This document shows, in pieces, positions 9,674 through 18,014 of a DNA stretch of 64,000 bases. Within the stretch, counting starts at the first letter, position 1; each line of letters opens with the position of its first letter. A program made the position numbers and the translations under genes. The notes below the pieces were generated by a model. That model searched no databases. It had not been told where the DNA came from and saw only the letters and a list, made by a program, of their open reading frames with translations. Source of the DNA: an uncultured Verrucomicrobiae bacterium (lineage in GTDB: Bacteria > Verrucomicrobiota > Verrucomicrobiia > Chthoniobacterales > UBA10450); NCBI GenBank assembly GCA_963772365.1, contig CAVYXA010000001.1, positions 1,472,001 to 1,536,000 on the forward strand, in the 5' to 3' direction.

Positions 9674-9844
9674 ATGAAGTTTCCGACGATTATCTACAAA
9701 GCTGAAGACAAAGCGTGGATTGTGGAGTGTCCCGCCATTCCGGGCTGTATTAGCCAGGGCCCGACGCGTGAAGCGGCAATGGCAAACATTAAGGAAGCCA
9801 TCGCGGCTTGTCTCGAAGTCCGCGCCGAGCACGGGATGTCATGA
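9674..9844 (+). CDS. hicB: HicB-family antitoxin (short, 56 aa)
   Basis: Manual translation MKFPTIIYKAEDKAWIVECPAIPGCISQGPTREAAMANIKEAIAACLEVRAEHGMS*, showing the HicB P-x-I-P-G-C-x-S-Q-G-x-T motif. Confidence 0.82.
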   Translation: MKFPTIIYKAEDKAWIVECPAIPGCISQGPTREAAMANIKEAIAACLEVRAEHGMS

Positions 9845-10014
9845 GCTTGTCCGAAATCAAAACTGCGGTGCGCGATCTCTCGCCAAAGGAACTGGCGGAG
9901 CTTTCGGCATTTATCGCCAAGCAGGACAACGCGGCGTGGGACAAGCAGATGGACGACGACGCGCAAAGCGGCAAGCTAGATTTCCTTTTTGAAGAAACCG
10001 AACGCGAGTTGTAG
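9841..10014 (+). CDS. Small antitoxin-like protein (WDxQxxxDxxxGKLD type); no partner toxin
   Basis: MSLSEIKTAVRDLSPKELAEL...AWDKQMDDDAQSGKLDFL. ATGA overlap with hicB; the stop codon is supplied by the REP GTAG. Confidence 0.6.
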   Translation: MSLSEIKTAVRDLSPKELAELSAFIAKQDNAAWDKQMDDDAQSGKLDFLFEETEREL

Positions 10015-10071
10015 GGCAGGCGCTCCGCCTGCCGATCTGAAGAAATGGCAACCGATGCGGTTGCCCTACAA
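10009..10071. repeat. Inverted pair of GTAG-type REP palindromes, followed by a further GTAG hairpin (10076-10098)
   Basis: TTGTAGGGCAGGCGCTCCGCCTGCC...GGCAACCGATGCGGTTGCCCTACAA, matching 780-830. Confidence 0.8.
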
Positions 10072-10155
10072 TTTCTGTAGCGACGGTTTATGACCGTCTA
10101 GTCGTTAGTTTCAATGTTCACCTCTCAACTCTCAACCATCAACAGGTTCTATTTG

Positions 10156-10212
10156 TTGTCGGCCCGGCGAGCCTCCGCCATCCAACCTCTCAAAGCGTTG
10201 CGACACGAGTAG
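10156..10212 (+). pseudogene. Orphan 3' end of a MacB/ADOP-type ABC permease
   Basis: LSARRASAIQPLKALRHE* matches the PARRATRVDPMVALRYE terminus of the permeases at 18-31 kb. Confidence 0.65.
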
Positions 10213-10453
10213 GCCCTGGAACATACCCGGGGATTGCATCATATCACGACTCCGAACACTTTTGATTCGTTCCCTCCCGCTCACTCACCCTTGCCTTTCG
10301 GGTTGTGATCTATGTCGCGGCATTCCCGCTTCGCTCCATTCGCGACGCCGAATTCGCGCGTGAGCGGTTTCGGGTCAAAGAATGAATTGTGAAGAAACAA
10401 GGATTGCAATCCGGGCGCTTGAACTGCTCGCTATATCGTCGTAATATCGACGC

Positions 10454-10732
10454 ATGAAGACGCTTTCTCCTACGCAGGCACGGAGCAATCTTTCCGCATT
10501 GCTCAAGAGAGCCGCCAATGGCGAAGACATCGGAATCCTCCATGGCGATCACGTCATCGCGCTCCGACCGGTCACGGTTCACTCGGATGATTACGCTCTT
10601 CAAGAATACGGAGTAACCGAGAAGGAGCTCGACCGGTTTGTGAAGGGGATGAACCGAAGGATCACTCAAGAGCGTAAAAAGGGGACGATCAAGAAGTACA
10701 GCGGCAATCTCGAGGCCGATCTTGCAGATTGA
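10454..10732 (+). CDS. Phd/YefM-like antitoxin
   Basis: MKTLSPTQARSNLSALLKRAANGEDIGI is a Phd-type N-terminus; the gene overlaps the downstream toxin. Confidence 0.7.
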   Translation: MKTLSPTQARSNLSALLKRAANGEDIGILHGDHVIALRPVTVHSDDYALQEYGVTEKELDRFVKGMNRRITQERKKGTIKKYSGNLEADLAD

Positions 10733-10997
10733 GCTTTTAAAGGCGTTTCGGGCGCGAGTACGCGAGATGCCGAAGGCGCGCCGCCGGGAAATTGCTCGCG
10801 TAATCGACGCGACGCATGTCGGTTTTGGCAAACCTCATTTGCACTCGGGCCTAGGTATTCGGCGACTGCGACAAAATTACTTTGAGTGCCGAGTTGGATT
10901 GGACATTCGATTGGCGTTTCGCGTGGAGGGCGATCGGCTGATTTTCGTTGCGGCCGGCAATCACAATGAGATTCGCAAGCTAATAAAGACTCTGTGA
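10722..10997 (+). CDS. RelE/ParE-superfamily toxin
   Basis: Basic 91-aa protein: HSGLGIRRL...FECRVGLDIRLAF...GNHNEI. Confidence 0.65.
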   Translation: MQIELLKAFRARVREMPKARRREIARVIDATHVGFGKPHLHSGLGIRRLRQNYFECRVGLDIRLAFRVEGDRLIFVAAGNHNEIRKLIKTL

Positions 10998-11049
10998 ACC
11001 CGAAGACCGCCGTTGACAGTTGTCCAGAATAGCAGTTGAGAGTTAGCCG

Positions 11050-12396
11050 GTGAGCCGGGTTTTGATTGCGGATGATCAGCGCGATGTGCTGGAGGCGCTG
11101 AGGATTTTGCTCAAGGGCGCCGGGCATCAGACGGAATCCGTCCCGTCGATCAGCGGAATTTTCAATGCGCTTCAGCAACGCGATTACGCGCTGTTGATGA
11201 TGGACCTCAATTACACGCGCGACACGACTTCGGGCCAGGAAGGGTTGGAAGTGATTCCGAAAATCCAGGCGCTCGACAGCACGTTGCCGATCGTGGTGAT
11301 GACGGCATGGGCGACTATCGATCTCGCGGTCGAGGCGATGAAGCTCGGCGCGCGCGATTTCGTTACCAAACCGTGGGATAACGAGCGGTTGCTCACCATC
11401 GTTCGGACCCAGATCGAGCTGGGCAGCGCTTTGCGAAAAGGACGCAAGCTCGAGGCCACAAACAAATTGTTGGGCGGCAACATTCCGAACTTAATCGCGG
11501 AAGCGCCGTTGATGCGACCGGTAATCGAGATGGTCCAGCGCGTCGCGCCGTCGGACGCGAATGTGCTGATCACGGGCGAGAACGGCACGGGCAAAAGTTT
11601 AATTGCACAAGCGATGCACGCGCTCTCACCGCGCGCGTCGCATAGCATGATTACAGTGAACATGGGTGGTCTGTCGGAGACACTCTTTGAGAGCGAATTG
11701 TTCGGTCATGTGAAAGGCGCGTTTACCGACGCGAAGAGCGATCGCGCGGGACGGTTTGAGCTGGCGGACGAAAGCTCTCTTTTCATGGACGAAATCGCGA
11801 ACATCCCACTGAATCAACAGGCAAAACTGTTGCGCGTGATCGAGACGGGCGAATTCGAGCGCGTCGGTTCATCGAAAACATTGCACGCCAATGTGCGGAT
11901 CATTTCGGCCACAAACGCAAATCTGGCGGACGAAGTCGCGGCCGGACGTTTTCGTCAGGACCTGCTTTTTCGTTTGAACACGATCGAGGTCGCGCTCCCG
12001 CCATTGCGCGATCGCCGCGAAGACATCATGCCGCTGGCGAATAATTTTTTGCGGATGCATGCACAGCGTTATCGAAAGGGGCTCTCTGGATTCGATGAGA
12101 TCGCACGGGATCGATTAATGCAGCATTCGTATCCCGGAAACGTGCGCGAGCTCGATCACGTGATTGAACGCTCCGTGTTGATGGCGCGCGGTCCGCAAAT
12201 CAAAGCATCCGATCTTGGCCTCACCAGCAGAGGCGGCGAATCGAAAAGTCTGGAAGAAATGAGCCTCGAAGAAGTGGAAGCGTTCCTGATCAAAAAAGCG
12301 CTTGCCCGAAACAACGGAAATGCGCGGAAAGCCGCCGAATCGCTCGGTCTGAGCCGAAGCGCGTTTTATCGCCGGCTGCAGCAATACGGTCTCTGA
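11050..12396 (+). CDS. Sigma-54-dependent response regulator (NtrC/Fis family)
   Basis: Receiver domain, Walker A GENGTGKS, ESELFGHVKGAFTDA, FRQDLLFRLN, YPGNVREL, C-terminal HTH. Confidence 0.95.
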   Translation: MSRVLIADDQRDVLEALRILLKGAGHQTESVPSISGIFNALQQRDYALLMMDLNYTRDTTSGQEGLEVIPKIQALDSTLPIVVMTAWATIDLAVEAMKLGARDFVTKPWDNERLLTIVRTQIELGSALRKGRKLEATNKLLGGNIPNLIAEAPLMRPVIEMVQRVAPSDANVLITGENGTGKSLIAQAMHALSPRASHSMITVNMGGLSETLFESELFGHVKGAFTDAKSDRAGRFELADESSLFMDEIANIPLNQQAKLLRVIETGEFERVGSSKTLHANVRIISATNANLADEVAAGRFRQDLLFRLNTIEVALPPLRDRREDIMPLANNFLRMHAQRYRKGLSGFDEIARDRLMQHSYPGNVRELDHVIERSVLMARGPQIKASDLGLTSRGGESKSLEEMSLEEVEAFLIKKALARNNGNARKAAESLGLSRSAFYRRLQQYGL

Positions 12397-13731
12397 TGCC
12401 GCGCAAACCAAAAAATCGCTACCGCTTCTCGCATCAGGGCAAATTAACATGGCTGATCTTCGGGCGCAGCGATGCCGGCCGTGATCATTGCGATGTCGAT
12501 CCTATGGTTCGGCAACTTCACCTCCAAAGTGCAATGGACGCTGACCATTTTGATTTTCGCGTCCGCTGCCGGATTCATCTCCGCCGCCCGCGATAATGTC
12601 GTTCATCCGCTGCGGACGATGAGCAATCTGCTGGCGGCCTTGCGCGAAGGCGATTATTCGATTCGCGCCCGGGGCGCGCGAGCGGATGACGCGCTCGGCG
12701 AGGTGCTGCTCGAAATCAATACGTTAGGCGAAACCTTGCGGGTGCAACGTCTCGGCGCGTTTGAAGCGACGGCGCTTTTGCGCACGATCATGGCGGAGAT
12801 CGACGTGGCCGTATTTACCTTCGATCCGGACCGGCGTTTGCGGCTGGTGAATCGAGCCGGTGAAGACCTTCTCGCTCAAACAATCGATAAACTTCTGGGA
12901 AAAACCGCAAAGGATCTCGGGCTCGAAGCTTGTTACGACGCCGATCAAGATGAGCCGCTGACTTTATCATTTCCGGGCGGCTCCGGACGTTGGGGCGTGC
13001 GTCGCAGCACATTTCGCGAACATGGATTGCCGCATGAGCTGATTGTTCTAACGGATTTGAGCCGCACCCTGCGTGAAGAGGAGCGCCGCGCCTGGCAACG
13101 CCTTGTCCGCGTACTCGGCCACGAAATGAATAATTCACTCGCGCCGATTAAATCGCTGGCCGGCAGTCTGGAAACGCTTTTGCGCCGCGAGCCCATGCCA
13201 CACGATTGGAAAGACGATGCCGAGAGCGGATTGAAATCAATCGGCTCGCGCGCGGATTCACTAAGCCGATTCATGCAGGCTTATACCCAGCTGACGAAAC
13301 TGCCACCGCCGCAAAAGGAAGATGTCGATCTCACGGAGCTGGTGGAGCGGGTCGTTAATCTCGAACCGCGACTCAAGGTGCAAATCGTTCCGGGACCGCG
13401 GCTGCGGATCCAGGCGGACCGCGCCCAAATCGAGCAGGTTCTTATCAACCTGGTCCACAACGCCGTCGATGCCGCACTCGAAACGAAAGGCGCGGTGGCA
13501 ATTCGCTGGCGCGAGGCCGGGGACTGCACTGAAGTGATCGTTCATGACGAAGGCGAAGGAATCATGAATCCGGCGAATTTGTTTGTGCCGTTCTTCACCA
13601 CCAAGCCCGGTGGATCAGGAATTGGACTCACGCTCAGCCAGCAAATTGCGGAAGCGCACGATGGAGCGCTGACGCTAACGAATCGCAAAGATCGCACCGG
13701 TGCGGAAGCGGTGCTGCGTTTGCCGCGCTAG
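12396..13731 (+). CDS. Sensor histidine kinase (HAMP/PAS, NtrY-like); +1 frameshift near 12462
   Basis: ORFs 12396-12596 and 12472-13731 join if one G is removed. Motifs AWQRLVRVLGHEMNNSLAPI, NLVHNA, DEGEG, PFFTTKPGGSGIGL. Confidence 0.88.
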
Positions 13732-13824
13732 TTGTTACCTCGAGATCTTCTGAGGACGAAACATACCTCGCGTGTCATGTTCGACGCCTCGCCGACTAAT
13801 CCTTCCAGGGCGGCGACTATTTAT

Positions 13825-14125
13825 CAGTCAGCCAGACGTACATCGACGACGATGACGGTTTTAACCGCATCATCTTTTGCCGACCACTTTTGAGAACTGC
13901 TTCGAGGAGATCGATGTTGAGAAGACCTTGGAGGCTCCACCAGCGCCTATCTGTCCTCCAAGCGTTTTTTGAAATTCTTCCGGCGTGAGCCAGTGCGACG
14001 GATCTTTATCGTTCAGACGCCGCGCCATCGTGGCCTGATATGCAGCGTCCGCGCGATGCCGTAAATGAAAAAGGAACGCGGTCAATTCATTTTGTTCCCC
14101 CGGCGAGAGCGTCGCCAGTGATGCT
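13825..14125 (-). pseudogene. Decayed toxin-antitoxin pair (antitoxin 3' part plus internally deleted toxin)
   Basis: SLATLSPGEQNELTAFLFHLRHRADAAYQATMARRLNDKDPSHWLTPEEF(fs)KRLEDR*, then toxin-like fragments ...NIDLLEAVLKSGRQ and DAVKTVIVVDVRLAD*. Confidence 0.5.
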
Positions 14126-14309
14126 CTGGTCGCCGCGCTCGAGACGGTGAAGCGTCGAGGGCGGCAGCCCACTCGGTGCGAAGATTCGGCAACATTTCAC
14201 CTCGGCATTTCCGGAGAAAGCTAGGTTGCAACATAGACTCGCTAGGTGTGGAAATATGGGGCTTTCAAAGAACTTTCGGAACTCCGCTTTCGATTTCCCG
14301 GACAAGTTT

Positions 14310-14366
14310 GTGAGGGCCTCCGATGTTTCGATCACCAAATCGAACGTGGGCACCGGGCTGCCGTGA
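14310..14366 (+). pseudogene. Orphan 3' end of a dockerin-like C-terminal domain
   Basis: VRASDVSITKSNVGTGLP*, with no upstream gene body. Confidence 0.55.
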
Positions 14367-14381
14367 GGGGGCGTCGCCCTC

Positions 14382-14416
14382 CAGAGATCAGAAGACAGAA
14401 GTCAGAGGTCAGAGGG
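14382..14416 (+). repeat. Heptamer tandem repeat (CAGARRN x5)
   Basis: cagagat cagaaga cagaagt cagaggt cagaggg. Confidence 0.75.
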
Positions 14417-14471
14417 TCACACGCGCGAGTGTTCTTGCGTGCTCAAACCGGCAGCGGTATCATCGGTAGAA

Positions 14472-14699
14472 ATGAGCACGCTAACGAAAAACTTGATTGA
14501 AGAAATCAAGGCGGCGCCCGAAACAGTGCAGCGCGAAGTTTTTGATTTTCTTGTTTTCCTGAAAGCTCGGGAGTCCGCGCAACCAGGAGGACAGAAGGAT
14601 CGCCTCGCTCAGGCTGCCGAGGCTCTTCTCGCTGATTACACCTCCGATCCGGAATTGACCGCATTCACAGGCCTGGATGACGAGCCATTTCATGCATAG
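14472..14699 (+). CDS. Antitoxin (DUF2281-like)
   Basis: LIEEIKAAPETVQREVFDFLVFLK...DYTSDPELTAFTGLDDEPFHA; overlaps the mazF-like start. Confidence 0.65.
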   Translation: MSTLTKNLIEEIKAAPETVQREVFDFLVFLKARESAQPGGQKDRLAQAAEALLADYTSDPELTAFTGLDDEPFHA

Positions 14700-15036
14700 A
14701 GGCGAGATTTGGCTGATCAACCTCGATCCCACAGTCGGCGCAGAAATCCGAAAAACCCGTCCTGCCGTTATCATCAACGATGATGCCGTCGGAATTCTAC
14801 CGCTCAAGGTGGTTGTGCCGATTACGGAATGGAAGGACCGTTATCGAGTCGCGCCTTGGATGGCAAGACTTGAGCCCAATCCGACAAACGGCCTGAAGAA
14901 ATCTTCTGCCGCCGATGCATTTCAAGTTCGCTCCGTGGCACAACAGCGTTTCGCTCAACGGATCGGAACGGTGTCAGAGAATCAACTTCGTCAAATCACG
15001 ACAGCCTTGGCCGTCGTATTGAAGATCCATCCCTAA
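14692..15036 (+). CDS. mazF: PemK/MazF-family toxin
   Basis: MHRGEIWLINLDPTVGAEIRKTRPAVII...VVPIT...NGLKKSSAADAFQVRSV. Confidence 0.92.
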   Translation: MHRGEIWLINLDPTVGAEIRKTRPAVIINDDAVGILPLKVVVPITEWKDRYRVAPWMARLEPNPTNGLKKSSAADAFQVRSVAQQRFAQRIGTVSENQLRQITTALAVVLKIHP

Positions 15037-15040
15037 GCAC

Positions 15041-15207
15041 AAGACGAACGGCAAGAGTGCGGTAAACGCCAGCCTGTTCCAAAGGAATCGCGCATCGGCC
15101 AATCGGTGAATGCGACAAACTTCAAATCCGATGCGAATGCCAACAGGCCAATCACCGCCTCCGATATGTCGATCATCAAATCGCACATCGGCATGGGCTC
15201 GCCGTGA
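15041..15207 (+). pseudogene. Degenerate dockerin-type (double Ca-binding repeat) C-terminal domain remnant
   Basis: TNGKSAVNAS(fs)..SRIGQSVNATNFKSDANANRPITASDMSIIKSHIGMGSP*. Confidence 0.6.
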
Positions 15208-15406
15208 ACTGAGAATCTGTACTTGGCACGCAGGAGCCGGTGCTGCGCTTACCGCAGTAGAGAAGCGGCGAGTCAGTCCGAGCCGGACTGGCATCTGTGA
15301 CGAGCGACGAGAATTGCAGCAGCATCTATTGCTGTGGCGGGTTTCAGAACTCTTTGAAGACATTCCTGGGTTGCTGTTTTCCTGATTAAAAATTGACTAC
15401 GCGGTT

Positions 15407-15445
15407 GTCCCGAATTCGGGACTGGGTTGTCCCAAAAGCGGAGCA
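15407..15445. promoter_or_regulatory. Putative enhancer (UAS) sites for the sigma-54 activator
   Basis: Perfect palindrome GTCCCGAATTCGGGAC (15407-15422) and a second imperfect TGTCCC...GGAGCA copy, about 80-115 bp upstream of a -24/-12 promoter. Confidence 0.6.
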
Positions 15446-15521
15446 CTTCGCGCTTCGCCGAAAAAGGATCGACAACTTTTATCGGCTGATCGTCAGCAAC
15501 TTAGAACCGGTCGGGAGCGCG

Positions 15522-15537
15522 TGGCATGCGCGTTGCA
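15522..15537 (+). promoter_or_regulatory. Sigma-54 (-24/-12) promoter
   Basis: TGGCATGCGCGTTGCA = GG-N10-GC. An IHF-like GTCAGCAACTTA lies just upstream. Confidence 0.8.
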
Positions 15538-15617
15538 ACAGGGAGAATCCGAAATGAAAAAACTTTTGAATCCATTACGAGGCCGAAGCGCTTCTAACTA
15601 AGGACGAGAGGGAAATT

Positions 15618-15893
15618 ATGAAATCAAACTCAACCACAAATCACAGCGGGCGGCGATTTCCGCTCGTCGAATATCATTATCAGACCGCGGCTCTGGAGAA
15701 CTTGAGCGGTTCTTGCGTAACAACGCCCAAAGTCAGCCACAGAATCGGCGGCGACTACTTCGATGTCGAAGCGAACCGCGATTTCCTGGGCGATGTTCTG
15801 GTTTTTGGAACGTTAATCGTCACAACAGCGGTGCCGATTCTGACTACCGCGAGCGCAGTGCTCGAGCTTTGCCGAACGCTTCCCTTGTTTTAA
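15618..15893 (+). CDS. Hypothetical small membrane protein leading the ABC operon
   Basis: Good RBS (GAGAGGGA) and a C-terminal hydrophobic segment. Confidence 0.6.
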   Translation: MKSNSTTNHSGRRFPLVEYHYQTAALENLSGSCVTTPKVSHRIGGDYFDVEANRDFLGDVLVFGTLIVTTAVPILTTASAVLELCRTLPLF

Positions 15894-15899
15894 TCATCC

Positions 15900-17228
15900 G
15901 TGACCCCACAACTCCACAAAGACGACGATAATACCATCGTTCGCCCCAGCGGTTTTACTCCCGGCCTTTCATCGATGGATGTTCCTCGCCAAGGCGTAGC
16001 CGCGAAGAAACGGAAGCGCCGGATTCTCATTATTGCCGGGAGCGTCCTCGGCTTAATCGTGGCGACGATCGCATTGTCCCGCCTAAAGCCGGCTGCGCCG
16101 AGCGTAGATCGTTCAAGTGTTTGGATTGACACCGTGAAGCGCGGGCCGATGTTGCGACAGGTCCGCGGTCTCGGCACTCTCGTTCCCGAAGATATCCGTT
16201 GGATCCCGGCGAACACCGAAGGCCGCGTCGAAAAGATTTTGATCTGGCCGGGAACAAAAGTCGAACCCGGTGACGTTATTCTAGAATTGAGCAGTCCGGA
16301 ACTGGAACAAAGCGCGCATGACGCGCAATTGCAGGCGAAAGCGGCGGAAGCGGAGCTTGCCACGATGCGGGCAACTTTGCAGCGCGAGGTGCTTGACCAG
16401 GAATCGAAGACCACAGCGGCCCATGCTGCTTATGAGCAGGCGAAGATGGAGCGCCAGACAAACGATCAATTGGCCAAGAACGGTTTGGTAGCCGAGCTGG
16501 TTTACAAGAGTTCCAAGATCAAAGAAGAAGAAGCGCAAAAAAGCGACGAGATCGAGCAGAAGCGGCTAACATTCTCACGCGATTCAATCGAACCGCAGCT
16601 CGCCTCGAAACAAGCAGCGGTCGATCAAGCGAATCAGCTGGCAAAGTTGAAAGAGGACCAGGTTGAAGCGTTGCATGTGAAAGCGGGAATGACCGGCGTG
16701 TTGCAACAATTGCCGGTCCAAATCGGTCAGCGCGTAAAGGTAGGAGATAATCTCGCTCGCGTCGCAGACCCGACAAAACTTAAGGCCCAGATCAAGATCG
16801 CGGAAACACAGGCGAAAGATATTCAGCCGAAACAGCAGGCGACAATCGACACCCGCAATGGTGTGGTGAAAGGCCACGTCACCCGGGTCGATCCAGCCGT
16901 CGAGCAGGGAACGGTTACTGTCGATGTTGCATTCGATGAACCGTTGCCAAAAGGTGCACGTCCCGATTTGAGCGTCGATGGAACCATTGAGCTGGAGCGT
17001 CTCGACAACGTCGTCTTTGTCGGTCGACCCGCATTTGGTCAGGAAAACAGCACGGTAGGGATGTTTAAACTCGTGGCCGGCAGCAACGAAGCTGTGCGCA
17101 CCCCGGTGAAACTGGGCAAGAGCTCAGTCAATAGCATCGAGATCTTGAGCGGCCTGAATCCCGGCGATCAGGTCATCCTTTCCGACACCAGTGCCTGGGA
17201 TTCACACGAAAGAATTCGACTTAACTAA
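15900..17228 (+). CDS. HlyD/MacA-family periplasmic adaptor (efflux RND/ABC MFP)
   Basis: N-terminal TM, VKRGPMLRQVRGLGTLVPE, coiled coil, GARPDLSVDGTIELERL. Confidence 0.9.
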   Translation: MTPQLHKDDDNTIVRPSGFTPGLSSMDVPRQGVAAKKRKRRILIIAGSVLGLIVATIALSRLKPAAPSVDRSSVWIDTVKRGPMLRQVRGLGTLVPEDIRWIPANTEGRVEKILIWPGTKVEPGDVILELSSPELEQSAHDAQLQAKAAEAELATMRATLQREVLDQESKTTAAHAAYEQAKMERQTNDQLAKNGLVAELVYKSSKIKEEEAQKSDEIEQKRLTFSRDSIEPQLASKQAAVDQANQLAKLKEDQVEALHVKAGMTGVLQQLPVQIGQRVKVGDNLARVADPTKLKAQIKIAETQAKDIQPKQQATIDTRNGVVKGHVTRVDPAVEQGTVTVDVAFDEPLPKGARPDLSVDGTIELERLDNVVFVGRPAFGQENSTVGMFKLVAGSNEAVRTPVKLGKSSVNSIEILSGLNPGDQVILSDTSAWDSHERIRLN

Positions 17229-17235
17229 AACAACT

Positions 17236-17985
17236 ATGCCAACCATGACAACAACCTCGCCCAATCCACATACATCCACTTCTCGCAGCAACGGTTCGAC
17301 ACCGTTGATCCGGCTCGACGGCGTCACCAAAGTGTTTCTCACTGACGAAGTCGAGACGCACGCGCTTTCCGGAATCCATTTGGACATTCGAGACGGCGAA
17401 TACATTTCAATCGCCGGGCCGTCGGGCTGCGGGAAATCGACATTATTGTCGATCCTCGGATTGCTCGATACGCCTTCTGACGGCAGTTATGCGCTGAAAG
17501 GACACGAAGTCGCCAATCTTTCGTTTGCCGATCGCGCGCGAATCCGCAATCGCGAGATCGGTTTCATTTTCCAAAGCTTCAATTTGATCGGCGATCTCAC
17601 GGTTTTTGAAAACGTGGAGTTACCGCTGACTTATCGTGGAATGAGCGCAGGCGATCGCAAAACTCTGGTCACCCAGGCGCTCGATCGCGTGGGAATGGCG
17701 CATCGCGCGAAACATTTGCCGAGCCAGCTTTCGGGAGGTCAGCAGCAACGAGTGGCAGTCGCCCGCGCGCTCGCGGGTAAACCGGCCATTCTGCTTGCGG
17801 ACGAGCCGACGGGAAACCTCGATTCACGCAACGGCGAAGCGGTGATGAATTTGCTCAAGGAGTTGCACGCCGGCGGCGCGACCATTTGCATGGTCACGCA
17901 CGATGAACGTTTCGCGCAACATGCCGACCGCACCGTTCATTTGTTCGATGGCCGCGTTGTCGAAGATAACCGGGTAGCAGCCTAA
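17236..17985 (+). CDS. ABC transporter ATP-binding protein (LolD/MacB type)
   Basis: [38 protein letters not shown]. Confidence 0.95.
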   Translation: MPTMTTTSPNPHTSTSRSNGSTPLIRLDGVTKVFLTDEVETHALSGIHLDIRDGEYISIAGPSGCGKSTLLSILGLLDTPSDGSYALKGHEVANLSFADRARIRNREIGFIFQSFNLIGDLTVFENVELPLTYRGMSAGDRKTLVTQALDRVGMAHRAKHLPSQLSGGQQQRVAVARALAGKPAILLADEPTGNLDSRNGEAVMNLLKELHAGGATICMVTHDERFAQHADRTVHLFDGRVVEDNRVAA

Positions 17986-18014
17986 CGATGTAAGATCGAC
18001 AATCACCGGCGATT

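Noticed and set aside
14382..14416. CRISPR-like array (also the heptamers at 10122-10143)
   Set aside because: 7-bp tandem units with no spacers, and no cas genes.
9590..15400. Integron cassette array
   Set aside because: No integrase and no convincing RYYYAAC...GTTRRRY attC sites found by eye.
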